Below are positions 43,561-55,863 of a stretch of 64,000 nt of DNA, piece after piece. Within the stretch, counting starts at the first letter, position 1. Each line of letters starts with the position of its first letter. Origin of the DNA: Cyanidioschyzon merolae (taxonomy: Eukaryota). The notes below the pieces were generated by a model. It saw only the letters and a list, made by a program, of their open reading frames with translations, had not been told where the DNA came from and ran no database searches. The DNA is taken from assembly GCA_000091205.1 (NCBI GenBank), contig AP006490.2; one strand, 5' to 3'. Position numbers and translations under genes: made by a program.

Positions 43561-46500
43561 CAAATATTTGCGATTTACAGAACACGTCACATTTTCAACT
43601 TACATGGGTGTAATAAGACGGATTAATCTCTCATCATGAAAAAGAAATGCATCATCTCCCGAATTATGTTATTCTTTACATTCTATATACTACATGACTA
43701 TCTGAATTTCTCTGTGGCCCTCCTCGGCTCATCTCAAACGAGCCCTCCAGCGAGACGCTTACGTTCTCACACCAGTGCTCGTTTGCTGCTTACGAAGGTT
43801 TAGTAATATCGAAAAATGGAAACCAAGAGGACTTGCTTCATCCTGCTAGAGAAAATCGTCCGGATGCATGGATATCGTGCTCCGGCTGTGCAATTTATTG
43901 AACGTTCCGTTAAAGTGGCACGCTCTAGGTGGGAATCCAGTAACCGCTCCCCTGGCCACTGATGTGTCTCATAGGATTTCAGCAGTTATTCAGCACAAAG
44001 TAGAGCGCGAATACGTGACAACTACCCCAAAACTTTCCTCAAAACAGAGCCGATGTACCCGCTTGATGCACGATGAATTTCCGAACAATCATCGAGGCGA
44101 ACAATTCTCAGTATAGAGATGGCTCGAGCGCATTGAGGTTTGTCGAATATCGCAAAAGTCAGTTTTTCGCATTCGATTACATCGCCATGTGATGTGCAGT
44201 CGACTCATTGAATACCATCTCGTGAACCTGGGTCAGGTACTCTCTCTTCTTCCGTACTTGTTTCTGCGTGCAGCCATGCTCATGATGCGTTTATATCCTG
44301 ATGAACGCACCAATGAGAGTCCCGCAGAATCGAATCCTGTGCTCGTTTCATGCCCTCGTTGAAGGAGCAGTAATGCAGCCTTTACGCGCTACAGAAAGTC
44401 CAGCGACCTTAGCCGTTAAAGTGGGACACGAATTATATGTCAATGCCTGTTCCAACACCTTGACCATTTTTGGTGAATGCACACTACCTGCATCAGTGCG
44501 ATTGGACCCGTTCGTGGCCATGGTGAATTCTCGTTTACTCCTGCCAAGGATCGTCCATATGAGAGAGTTGGACGCTAATGTACGCTGCGAATGCTGCGTG
44601 CAGAGATGCCCTTCAGCTCGATCCGGTGCTCAGGGCGACAAGTTGCATATACTGCCGCCCCATTCGATTTTTCTCTGTTCCTCTCGGTATCCAGTATTTC
44701 CGACTGGCGATGATGTCGAGGCATGGTAAAACTGAGCAGCTACAACTGCTTTCTGTTCATGTCTTTGGCCCCGTTTTGGATTTATCGGAACCGAGACGGA
44801 CACGATGCTATTGAACCGCGGATGCACGCCCTTCACGATGGCATTCCCTTCATAGAATTCGAAGCGTTCGACATGCGACCCGTTGCGTGATCCATTCCTA
44901 GGCATCACGAAGTGTTTGAAGACAGGCATTTCTTCGGTCTCCATATGCCTGTGAACTTGATCCAACTTCCTACCTGAATCGAGAGCTCTTCCACGTCCGC
45001 CCGAGCGCTTAACAAAATAGACCGAATAGATCATTCATGCTCGCAGAGACGATCCGTAGCGTACTGAGAAGGCCACAATTTACGATACGGAAATATCGGG
45101 GTTAGTATAAAGCAACGTAATGTGACAAACGGGCACCACATTTCTGAAACCAAAAGGAGTCTGGGGCTCGCAACTTTGATGGTCGGGGCTGCTCAGCTCT
45201 GAAGGGCCCTGCTCAGGAAGAACTCGCAGCGCGATGAGCATCCGAGGCACCCTCAGGTTCCAGATATCAACTCGTTCTGACACCCGTTGATCCGAACTTG
45301 ATGGAACAAATACCGACTTTGGACGATCTCAAGCTATTCTCGCTCCGATTGCGACATATTTTCCGATCTCGGTACCACCTCGATCTCTTCCGCTCCAGTT
45401 TAAAAATCACCCGCTTCGATATCCCCAAGAGTCCTTTTAACCAGTACCCTCGGTTTCTGAGTCGCTACCGTGTCGCTCTAGAGAACGCAAGGTGCGGTTT
45501 GTGAAGCGCCGAAGCTTGAACGGTACACAATTTTTCCGCTTCTGAGATTGGCTCGATGCTTTTCGTTGCCATTGGCACTTTCGGTGATCTGATTACCGAG
45601 ATGGCACGCCCGCACTTCAATGCATTCTAAGCAATGGTTTGACGAATCTCTGATATTTTAAACAGATTCTTCGCCTCCTCTGTGCCGAGTATCAGTTGTA
45701 CTGGTGCGAGAAAGTATGATCCGAAAAATTCGGCGAAATGCCAACCGCTGATAGCCCTGCGTCTTTAGTTCCTCCCATTCGTTGCATGGCGAGATGCACC
45801 AAGACGAGGGAAACTGTGCGAATAGTCCCCGAGTGAGGAGCTGCGCGCTTCCCAACGGCTTGCTGCATCTCAAGTTTTGGGCCAATTTCCCCAATGATGT
45901 GATATAGTATGGAGGAATTGTTTGCTGTTTTTACTGATCTTTTAAAACAGACTTTTCTCCTTTCTGTGGCTCCTAGTCCTCCGCGAAAATTGATCATTTA
46001 CTTCTTTTTCCGGTAGTGTTGCCCTATCCTTTGTTGGGCAGGGAGACCTGAATATGGCCGGTAAAAGCGAAACCAGTTTTTTGGCCCTTGGAATTTTGAC
46101 GCACTTGGTCGACTCCGAGGCTCTAACTTGCTCTTTTTTTCGTCTGCATCTCATACTGCCCGAATACGTGTACACCACCTTCCTGGTCGCGAGCACGCCC
46201 ACAGACTGGACTGCACTTCTTCTGCCCCCTCCGACGCAAAGACGGAGCAGCGATAGTGCAGTTCATAGCTGTGACTGTAAAAATCAACTTGTCTATGGAC
46301 AATGGGAAGAAGATCTATATTGCCGCGGATACCAGTGTCGCGTCTCTTGATTTGGGAACGTGAAAAAATGCATTTGACCAAGAAGAGGAAGCCTTCGTCC
46401 TAACTGTCTCGTAAAGAAAGGGCCTCAGCGAAGGGCAGCTCAACGCAGATCGCAGCGGCGGACAAGTTGACTGCTCCTGAGTCATGGAATGCGACGATTT

Positions 46501-47707
46501 CCAAGAGATAGACAGAATACTGTAGGATGGAGGAGCCGTAAAGCCCTCTAACGACAGATTTGCTGAGGAAAGCGTCCTGTCCGTTTTACAATTTCCAGGC
46601 AAACACAAGACTGAATCACGACTTGGCGCGATATCGGAATGCTCACAGGTCTCTTCGTTACGACCAGATACTAAGCGCTCTTTCAGCAACCATTTGCAGT
46701 CCTCTCTCTCCTAGCGAATGAAAACTCATCGAATGAGGCGAGCAGCCGGCCATCCAGTGGGAAACCTTTGAGTTTCAATATATATTTGGTATATTGTCGT
46801 TCGACGCGAGACGCTCCGGAGTAGTGGCGCTCGTTTTTTCGCTTCGAATGGTGTCAGTTCATTTCCGATCCAATCAAAAGTACAGAAACTTCGCACCTTG
46901 CGGCTTCTCTTGAATTCGTGCTAGGTCAATGCATGGAGTGGCATGGAGTTTGAAGCACACATTTATGAAGACAGAGTGTCATATGTTCTATTTTGGGTGC
47001 GCCACGTTCACGATACTATTTACAAGACCGGATAAAATACACCCATATTTTTTACTGTAGAATGGTTGGCTTACAGAGATGAGGCCGTTACTTACCGGAC
47101 ACCAGTGACCGCCTTGAGTCAGTTCACGACCTTTTACCAATCTACAAAATGCATCACTTTTGCTGAATATGCGGAAGAAGAGAAAACAAAAATTAAAAAG
47201 CGAGGAAGCTCAGGAATTCCACAATTGAATGTTCAGCGTATAACGCCGCTTTAGAACGGCGCTCGTAAGGTAACCCTCGATGAGACGCAATTCGCGAAAG
47301 TTCCCTCGACGTGGAAAGCCAGTACATTTGGAGAATGCAATCTTTAAAGCCACCAAAACAGAAGCAGATCCGCAGATAGTGAGTCACACCCCAACAATGC
47401 GACCTACGCCATAGGCTCTTGAACACCTTCGGTTCCGAGTCCGAACATGTGGGTGCGTTGCTCCTGCATACAGTGGCAACTTTAGAACCCGAGCCAGCCA
47501 GAAAGACGATCCTTTCCGGACAACGAAGCACGATAGGAAGCTACAGAATCCAGAAGTTTCACGACCAGCGGCTTGCTTGTCCGTCGCTGACGGCGGCGCG
47601 AACTGTCAATACAGGTACGATTCCTGATTCGTAGACTTTGCAACCGTCAATCGCCTCACTCAAATACTGGTTTGAGGCTATTCGATTGTAGCCGCAAAGG
47701 AGACTTC

Positions 47708-50700
47708 TTAGCTTCGACGAGCCGGCAAGGATACAAGACGTACAGGAGCGGCTCCAGAATCAGCCGGCTGCATATTCGTATCCAGTGCAAAGCGCGGCCT
47801 ACTTTCGGACGATTTCCCCCCGATGTCAACATAGGGTGTCGAGTCGGGCCTCAGGGAGTCTAACGTTTGCTGCGACCGGGTTAGCTGACGCGACGTCGAG
47901 CTGCTGCTGTGGTCTGCGGCGGCCACTTGGGAAACATCCCCGTTTCGCGAAGAAGCGGCACGCTCCGTTATCGGATGTAAGGGCAGATCTGTGCTCGCTT
48001 CCTCTTCCGCAAGTCGTTTCCATTCATTTGCAAACTTACGACATATCTTCCCAAAAAGCGCGAGCAACTGAGCACTTTCAACCTGCATTTCTGCCCCGAG
48101 CTCTTCGAGTGGACGGCGCTGGAGTCCCACACCAACCAGGATAGCCTGCTGCGCCGGCGACAGCGTAATCCGCTCTGCAGCAAAATGGCCTTCAAAGTAC
48201 AGACGACTCAGCACCGGAATGATATCCAAAATCACGTGATAGTCCAGCAGATGGTTTGCATACGCTTGCAAACGCCGCAAGTCGTGCATGGAAAGTAGCA
48301 AGCGAAGTTGTGCCGCGTTCCACAGACTGGCGTCGGGCGGTGCAGCTCGCAAGACGTCCAGCACGAGACCCAAGGGTAACGAGCGAAAGTCGTATGAGAG
48401 CAGCGACAGAAACCGTGCTCGCCAGTCCAAGTGCAGGGCCCTAAATCCCTGTTCATGGGCCTGCTTCAAACTCCGAAGCATGATGCAGGTATGCTCCGCA
48501 GTGACCTCATTCGGGGTAAGTCGCACGTAGACTGGCAGCATACCGATGCGATTCCAGAATCGATACAGTCCGTGTGAGAGACCGAACGAAACCCCCAGAT
48601 AGTCCAGATCCGGAACCCTCTGTTCACTCAGTCTGTAAAGCAACGGCTCCGGTACCGTGTCGTCATTGATGCTTCCCACAGACAGATCGGGTTGTGCATC
48701 ATCGGTTTCTCGCAGAGTCTTTCGTTCATGCTGCTGCACACCGGAGGCCACTCGACGGCGGAAATGTTCCACGAGGCACTCCATGGCGCGGGTGCCGTAG
48801 CCCATACCTTGCACATCAGGATGCGTAGCAATGCGGATGACCCGAGCACCTGCCAGTTGAGCAAAGGCTGTCTCCTGGAACTGTTGCGTTAGCGTCCACG
48901 GAATGAGGTCCCCAGCAGCTCGCTTCCCTCGCGACAACTGAGACTCGGTGTGTTCACGCGAGAGGCGCCCCTCGAGTCCTAGCTGAATGGCGCACAGCAC
49001 ATCCGGTAGTCGTTTTGGATCAGAGGAAGTTGGCCCCAGCAGCACATACAGCTGCTGGTTCGATGCATCGCTCAGCATCTGAAGATCATTGGGGGTGTTC
49101 TTATAGTGCGAGGACACAAAAAGCGCCATTACCCGACGGAGGAAAATTTCCGCTAGGGCGTGTCCACTGAAAAGAACGTCGCGATTGACTTGGCATAGCG
49201 TGCACATGGAAGGGTGCGGAAGCGCACGTGTCTGCAACGCTGGCGCTTCTGTCGTCTCCAGGCAGAGGAGCGCGTGAAGCCACGCCTCCACCGGATCGTT
49301 GCGAGCGTAGCGGATGGGCTCCTCGAGAACAAGCTCGTGGAAGCGTCGACCATATTGCCGGGTGCTGGAGTCACAGCCGTGCTCTACTGGCGGCTCGATG
49401 CCGCCATTTGGGGTATGCGACACATCTTCCGGCATTGGGGGTGGCACAAGCCTACTTTCTGCCGCCACTGAAGTGTTTTGTTGAACATGGCGGCGAGCCT
49501 GCGCGATCAGCTTGAGGGAGAGACTACGGCCGGTTCCTTCGTAACCGAAGATCGTCGACGATAGGAAGACGTGACACGATTTGCTGGGCAGAAGTGAGAG
49601 TATTCGTTTCACAAGTACCAGCGGTATAGCGGCTGCTTCATCAATAATGACGAGGTCAGCGCTTACGAGGGCACCAATGGTGGCGGCATCCACCCGCCGG
49701 ATAGCCTCTGGCTCAAGGTACGAGACCTGACGCACCCGCCGCCCAAGCATAGAGAGCTTGCTTATGCAGCGATCGTGTCGGGATTCTAGCACATAGTCCG
49801 TATGTTCTTGTAACTTGAGCTCATTCAGGCCTGACACTAAGAGTGAAAATAGAGTCTGGACGTTGTCCGCTGCGGGCGCTGTCACCACAATGGACGTGTA
49901 GCCGAGCGCAAGCGCCGCAGCCGCCGCTAGCCCCAGCGCCGCAGATTTGCCCCTGCCACGAGCTGCTGTCAAGACCACCATGGACGCTGCAAGCGCAGCC
50001 GGAGTTGTTGTATCGACGTTGCGGGCCAGCAGGGCATGAAGCGTCTCCAGGACACGAGCCTGGTCGAGCGTGCGGGTGCGACGCAGCAGCGGCCCTAGCA
50101 CTTGCAGGTCTGCACGGGATGACCATAAGATTTCGAGCTGCTTTTGGCGAAACTCCGCTTCCGAAGTGACGTTGGAGTCGCCCACGGTGCCGCCAACTTC
50201 CGGAGGCGAACGAACATGAATCCGGGGAATAGAAGCGAGATCTTGCGCCCTGGAGCTATCATCTGCATTTGCAGCCTGAGGTATCGAATATGCTGACGAG
50301 CAGCTCGCACCACCAACGGCAGGAAGCACATTGAGTTCATCATCTACTGCAAGCGCCATAGGGCAGGTCTCGAGGCTGAGGACGAGTCGCCGATTAAATC
50401 GTGGTACTATATCCGGGCACGATTCCGTGCGATAGTGGGCGTGTACGTCCATTTTCAGCGTGTACAGCTGCCGCAAACTCTCCATGTTATGCAAGAGGAA
50501 CAATACCAAACCGCCTCCCTGCACAGTCTCGATCGTGCGTGCAAGAAGGTTCGGTGTAAGGGCTCCAAAGTCCTGTAGAACAAGGAGACCATAAGTGTTC
50601 CCAAGCACCTTTTCGGATTCAGAGTAGTACGAGAAGCGGATGTTAGCTGTCGAGACGAATAGTTCAAAAAGGTCTTCGGTTTTGGCGTCCACAGAGACTC

Positions 50701-50947
50701 CACCGTGTCGCAGCTTTTTGCGGAGTTGTCGCAGGCGTTTGCGGCGGTGCGACGAAAAACCCAGTTCCTTCTTATACATCCAAAGGACATCTGGCCGCGG
50801 CCTCGTTCCGATCCGAGTAAGTAAGTGGTAAAAGAAAGGGACCTGATCTTTGGCGTGATCACCAACAACAAAGAAAAGCGCGCGGGTGTGTGTCTCGTAG
50901 GCGCGAACGAGCAGCTGCCGTACGCGTTCATCAACACGCTTCTTCAT
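47708..50947 (-). CDS. NAT10: RNA cytidine acetyltransferase NAT10/Kre33 (helicase-like ATPase plus GNAT acetyltransferase; rRNA/tRNA ac4C synthase)
   Basis: N-terminus nearly collinear with human NAT10: KKRVDERVRQLLVRAYETHTRALFFVVGDHAKDQV...RPDVLWMYKKELGFSSHRRKRLRQLRKKL...FELFVSTANIRFSYYSESEKVLGNTYGLLVLQDFGALTPNLLARTIETVQGGGLVLFLL; P-loop AARGRGKSAALG; DEAAAIPLVLV; GNAT region QGMGYGTRAMECLVEHF. Confidence 0.9.
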   Translation of the reverse strand: MKKRVDERVRQLLVRAYETHTRALFFVVGDHAKDQVPFFYHLLTRIGTRPRPDVLWMYKKELGFSSHRRKRLRQLRKKLRHGGVSVDAKTEDLFELFVSTANIRFSYYSESEKVLGNTYGLLVLQDFGALTPNLLARTIETVQGGGLVLFLLHNMESLRQLYTLKMDVHAHYRTESCPDIVPRFNRRLVLSLETCPMALAVDDELNVLPAVGGASCSSAYSIPQAANADDSSRAQDLASIPRIHVRSPPEVGGTVGDSNVTSEAEFRQKQLEILWSSRADLQVLGPLLRRTRTLDQARVLETLHALLARNVDTTTPAALAASMVVLTAARGRGKSAALGLAAAAALALGYTSIVVTAPAADNVQTLFSLLVSGLNELKLQEHTDYVLESRHDRCISKLSMLGRRVRQVSYLEPEAIRRVDAATIGALVSADLVIIDEAAAIPLVLVKRILSLLPSKSCHVFLSSTIFGYEGTGRSLSLKLIAQARRHVQQNTSVAAESRLVPPPMPEDVSHTPNGGIEPPVEHGCDSSTRQYGRRFHELVLEEPIRYARNDPVEAWLHALLCLETTEAPALQTRALPHPSMCTLCQVNRDVLFSGHALAEIFLRRVMALFVSSHYKNTPNDLQMLSDASNQQLYVLLGPTSSDPKRLPDVLCAIQLGLEGRLSREHTESQLSRGKRAAGDLIPWTLTQQFQETAFAQLAGARVIRIATHPDVQGMGYGTRAMECLVEHFRRRVASGVQQHERKTLRETDDAQPDLSVGSINDDTVPEPLLYRLSEQRVPDLDYLGVSFGLSHGLYRFWNRIGMLPVYVRLTPNEVTAEHTCIMLRSLKQAHEQGFRALHLDWRARFLSLLSYDFRSLPLGLVLDVLRAAPPDASLWNAAQLRLLLSMHDLRRLQAYANHLLDYHVILDIIPVLSRLYFEGHFAAERITLSPAQQAILVGVGLQRRPLEELGAEMQVESAQLLALFGKICRKFANEWKRLAEEEASTDLPLHPITERAASSRNGDVSQVAAADHSSSSTSRQLTRSQQTLDSLRPDSTPYVDIGGKSSESRPRFALDTNMQPADSGAAPVRLVSLPARRS

Positions 50948-50949
50948 CG

Positions 50950-53800
50950 AAAGCTGCTAACGGTACCAAAGTTCGTTGCAGGTCCGTACCGATCCAAAGC
51001 GTAGCCACGCTGTAAAGCGCCGTTCTCAAGTGGAACGTCGCCGGTCGTGTACAGTAGTGACGAGGCACCCGCCCTAAACATAGAGTACCAAGCGACGTGC
51101 AGACGCCTCGTAGTTTTGGACCCGCCACGTTCTACTGCTTCCAGGTTTTTCTCATATAGTTCCACTTTGGGTTTTCTACCCCAACAATCACTTTTGTCCA
51201 TTCTGGAGGTCTTTTCTCCATCATCGCACATCTACTCATATAGAGCGCGGCGCTAATATCTCGGTTCACAAACTCCATACGTTTCTTGCCATCATTGGTT
51301 GTACTAAACAATGCAGGTACTCCATCAACTTTCGCCCTCCTTTCCATTCGCTCTTCCGTCAACGCTCCATGCTTTTTTATATCCTTCGGGGCTCCTTTGG
51401 CACTTTTCCATCTCGACGCTTTCAAGTACACAACCCAACTCGTGTGGTGCATAGGACGTTCGAGACTCATTTACAGGTATCGTAACGAGACTCCGTGTAC
51501 ACTCCTTGTACGTTCTTGTCGTCGAGGCTGGTGTACACCCTTTTTGGGTCTTCCAGCGCCCTGCTCCGTATGCTACTACGAGCATCTGACATTCATTCTC
51601 CTTCAGGGCGCTCAACTGATTGAAAAAGTTGGCAAATGCACGCTGCCACCCACAGTATAGATTGATTCGCAGACGAGCCCACGGAGGCTTTGTAGATTCT
51701 TTCCACATTTCCTCCTACTAAACAAGGCGAACCTTCCATGGACTCGCGAAAAGCTTCAGTGTCCGCTCTGGCGCTCGCCGCCTCGCTCAAAGCTTCCACG
51801 TGCTCTTTCATTCATGCATTCCAGGCCCCAATTTTCTTCCTCGCACTCATGATTCCCGATTCTCCATGGTATCTCGCTCTCGAGAACATCAACAGACGCA
51901 TGTCTTTCTGAAGCAAGTTACCGTCAGTACCATCTTCCGCACGCTTGGGAGCAGCGGTGGTACTGATATTCGTGTTGCCGGGGTCCGCGCCAGCGAAAAG
52001 GTCGTTATCCTCCACCTCCTGCGTCGCAGGACCCGCCACCTTCTTTTCTTCCTGCTTCGCCGCGCCAACGACAATATGGTTATCTCCACCTCCTGCGCCG
52101 TTGGATGCTCCTACTTCTCATCTTCATCCTTCGCCAAGGGCGGAACTGGACGATCTGTCTTCAAGCGCCGATGGTGTCCACACATGGCTACCCTATCGGT
52201 CTCGATCAACCCAGTGAATACCTTTTTCTTGCTCGTTTTCAGACGTTGGGAATCGAAGGTATTGTTCCAGTACGTGTCCCGGTTTTCACCGGAGAACACC
52301 TCCCCGCTGAAATCGAGCTCCGGGCTGATCTCCTGCATAATGCCATGGATTCTGGAGTCGATACTCACAAAATGTGACTTGAAGTTGCATAACGGAGCGA
52401 CACTGAAGCGGCTCTCCAGAAGCGCAGCCTTCTGTGTCTCCCACTCTTCATTTTTCCCCACGCCCAGTTCCGTTTCGGCCTTGCATTCCAGTTCTCGGTC
52501 CAAAAACACGAAATGTCGCTGGATGCGATAATAATATCTTTCTTTATCTTTTTGCAACTCTGATATCTTGTATGTTGGACTCATCAGCTCCAAGACTGCA
52601 TGGTGCTCTTGTATAAACGCACGGATGAGGGAGTCCTCATTTATGCCATCGTTTGACGTCTTCTAGCCGACAAATTCGACCTCATCTTCATGCTCACGAT
52701 TGTTCGTGATGCGTTTGATAATCGCCCGTTTCCCATTACGAGAGACGCCCGGGCAGAGTGCAAACACGGCGCGTAACATGAAACGTTCGAGGTTCACCGT
52801 CAAATGGTTCTCCAGGTTCGTGATGTACTTCATCGCCCCATAGCCGTAAATATTCTGGTCACCCTTGCATCGAGTACCATTGAAGCTGTAAAAGGGATGC
52901 TTTTCGTGGAGAGCATGCACTAGCTCATTTTCACTCCGCGCTTCCTCTGTACCAAGTATCAGCTGACGAATTAAGGTCTTGTCGAAACCTCGTCTGGAAT
53001 CTCGACAGTTTCCATGTGCGCCACGTCGCGATACATCTCCCTCGCCTAATGCATCAGTCCTGAAGAAGCCTTTATAATGCTCATGGAGTACGAGTCGCCA
53101 CGTTTTATGATAGAGTCTCGCAATTTTTCCATGTATGGATCCTTGATTTGTCCAAGAAGAAAGGTTTTCACAATCATCTCGTCGTACAGTTGCCTTTCCC
53201 GCAGCCTGCGACGTAGGGCCTCCCCTTGGCTTCTTCTCGACTTCCTTTTCTTCTGGACTCGGCACTGTTTTTTGTTTTTTCGGGCACCCAGCGACCCTGG
53301 GCCTCCAGGATCGTGGACTTGCTTTGTGATAGCTTCCTTTTTTAGTTTTTTTTTGAAAAACAACGCTCTTTGAACGCTTCTGCGATATACTGCGAAAAAA
53401 CACTTGACTAGATATGTTTGAGGTGTGAAACAAAAACGAACTGAAAGACTGTACTTGGCTACGACCTGAACGGAAATCCAACTTTTTTCGGTAGAACAAC
53501 ACGCTTCTGATCGAGATCGCGTTTCCCTTCAACAACGGCATGCGCATCGTGTCAGTTGACTGACTGATCTCCCAGTTGCGCTCATTTAGCGCAATGCATC
53601 CACTGCGCGAGACGCTACTCCGATCGATGAAGGACACGTGTCCGAAAACCCCGCCTTGGCACATGCGTGTTCGCATACCACTGCAGCCAAAATAAAGTAT
53701 CGTAGATTGGAAACTCACGTAGAATGATCTCTTGCTACAGGCTCTGTCGCTGGTGCCCATTGCAGTACCGCCCTGACATACATGGAGATGCAGCGGCCTG
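50950..53800 (-). other. AT-richer compositional island with a chain of frame-broken minus-strand ORFs (365, 160, 127, 112, 95 aa): probable decayed gene or mobile-element relic
   Basis: Clear drop in GC versus flanks (e.g. 53330-53480). Successive same-strand ORFs 52663-53760, 52111-52593, 51325-51708, 51132-51470, 50944-51231 in different frames. No catalytic motif (RT YxDD, integrase, DDE) recognised by eye. Confidence 0.3.
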
Positions 53801-54787
53801 GTACGATACCCGTCGACGCTTCTATCAAACGCGTATCTTTCTCTGCGGCTTACGCGTGTGCGGATGAGGTATGCATCACTCTACTCAATAGAAATTTCGT
53901 TAATTTTATTGATCGTATATAAACAAGACACGGAATGATTCCTGACCAAGGATATTCGTTTAATCAATATGCTTGTTATGCATGCCGCACCGACGCTGGA
54001 ATAAGGACCTGACCTGAATTTCGCTACTATCCTGTGCCATGGGCTGGAGCTGATGCCTGTTCAAGTCATTGCCATGCTGCCGTGGTTGTCCAAGTTATGG
54101 TGCCTGCTTCGTCCTCAGGATCCGGCGATCTTGGCGGAGGCAGAGCACACAGGTAGCGTCCATGTCTGCCACGAGGTTTGAGCCTTCCATCTCGCCTGGC
54201 ACGATCGTGGCACTTGACAAAAGCGCATACTGTATTCTGGTCTACTCTATCAGATTATTTTCAAAAGCCTAACCCGTACATCGAGCCCGAACGAGGCACC
54301 CCTGAAAACAAACGCCTTTCGAAAGTCGAACGGCGCCAGCGGTGCACAGTAGTGGCGAGTGGCCCGCCCTAGAAATGACATCTCCAACTGACGTGCAGAC
54401 GCATCCAAAATAAGATACCACCTTTGAAAATTTCCTTATGCCTCCTCTACGGTACTCGTCGGCGAGCTACGTGGAAGTTCGTCTACGATTGTTGTGATCT
54501 CTGAGCGCAGCACTGCGGAACCCTTGGCACCAATTACTGATGAGGTTGTTGATGGGAAGCATAGGAGATACGTCTAGTTTCTGAAAAAGACACTGAGCGC
54601 TTGTGCTAGATGTGCTCAACGCTAGACATTCTACGGGAGATTTAGGTCGGACTCTGGACAATGGATGGGTGATCACTCGTGCAGCTACGCAAAAGAGGTT
54701 TTTGACTGGATACGCACACCTACGCGAGCGATTCTAGCCGGTGACGTGATCGGCAGCTTTGCACCGGAGAAAATCTAATCCAAGAAA

Positions 54788-55863
54788 ATGCAAGCTCTTT
54801 TCGTTTCTGTTCCGCTGTACCAGGAAAGACATATTGTTTGCGCGCGCGCTGCAACCCGAGCACCGTTCCTGCTGCGTACGCATCGTGACGGTTACTTCGC
54901 AGCTGTACATCGTCACCATTGCCAGCATCCGCTGCCCTTCGTGGTGCAGCGTTCGCCTGCGGTGCGCAGGCATCGTATGCCGCATCTTCGTATGGGTCCG
55001 AAGCAGTCGCAGATCGCCGTCATCACTGGCGCGTCCTCTGGGGTCGGTCTGTATGCAGCTCCCGCTCTGATCAACAAGGGCAACTGGCACATCGTCATGG
55101 CATTTCGTGACATCGACCTCGTGGAGCGCGCAGCAAACAGCGTAAACCTTCTAAAGGACGCCTATACCGTGCTGCATTGTGTTATGGCTGATTTCGCCTC
55201 TGTGTTGAAGTTTGTGAGAGAGCTGTCAAGTGTGGCGCGCGTCGATCACCTGGATACCCTGATCTGCAATGCCGCAATCTGGCATCCGCCGGACAAGAAA
55301 CGGCGTTTCACGGTGGACGGCATCGAGGAAACCATGCAGGTATGCCATCTGAGCCATTTGCTTCTATGTCGGGAGCTGTTGCCGAAGCTGAAAATATCGC
55401 GCAGGCGCATTGTGTTTCTGACGACTCAGACACACTCGCCGAATTCGCTACCGGGAAAGATCCCCCGCAGGCTCGTCTCGGGGATTCGTCTAGTCTAGCC
55501 GCGGGGCTTGGTCCGCAGACGACAGGCATGGTAGAAAGTGGTCCGTTTGAGCCCACAAAAGCCTACAAAGACGCCAAAGCCGCGAACGTGTTATCAATGA
55601 AGGCGCTCGGTCATTGATACGGCCGCGACGGTGTGACCTCTGTGACGATTTTCCCGGGATGTGTCGCCAACAGCAACCTCTTCCGCGAAAAGCGTGGCTG
55701 GTTCCGCTACATATTCTTCCCGATTCATCAGAAGTACATCACTCGGCAATACGTTCCCAATGATGAGGCCGGACGCCGTGAAGCCGAAGTGGCGACCCAG
55801 GGACAGTTCTCGGACTCGGGCTCGTATTATCAGTGGCGTGGCAAATATACGTATGGGGGATAG
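54788..55863 (+). pseudogene. POR: light-dependent NADPH:protochlorophyllide oxidoreductase (POR, SDR family) homolog disrupted by a frameshift (~55420-55440, within acacac) and an in-frame TGA (55615-55617)
   Basis: Three consecutive ORFs (54788-55498 frame 2; 55342-55617 frame 1; 55633-55863 frame 1) together are collinear with plant/algal POR: IAVITGASSGVGL...WHIVMAFRD (GASSGLGL..WHVIMACRD); TLICNAAIW..P..FT.DG.E; ...LGDSSSLAAGL...FEPTKAYKDAKAANVLSMKALGH*YGRDGVTSVTIFPGCVANSNLFREK...FPIHQKYITRQYVPNDEAGRR ([68 protein letters not shown]). TGA sits where POR has Arg (CGA). Confidence 0.7.

Noticed and set aside
55615-55617. In-frame TGA in POR as a reassigned sense codon or selenocysteine
   Set aside because: TGA is the bona fide stop of TAF1 (6592-6594) and cyclophilin (8485-8487) in this same window. 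There is no SECIS-like context. The locus also has an independent frameshift, so a nonsense mutation or sequencing error fits better.
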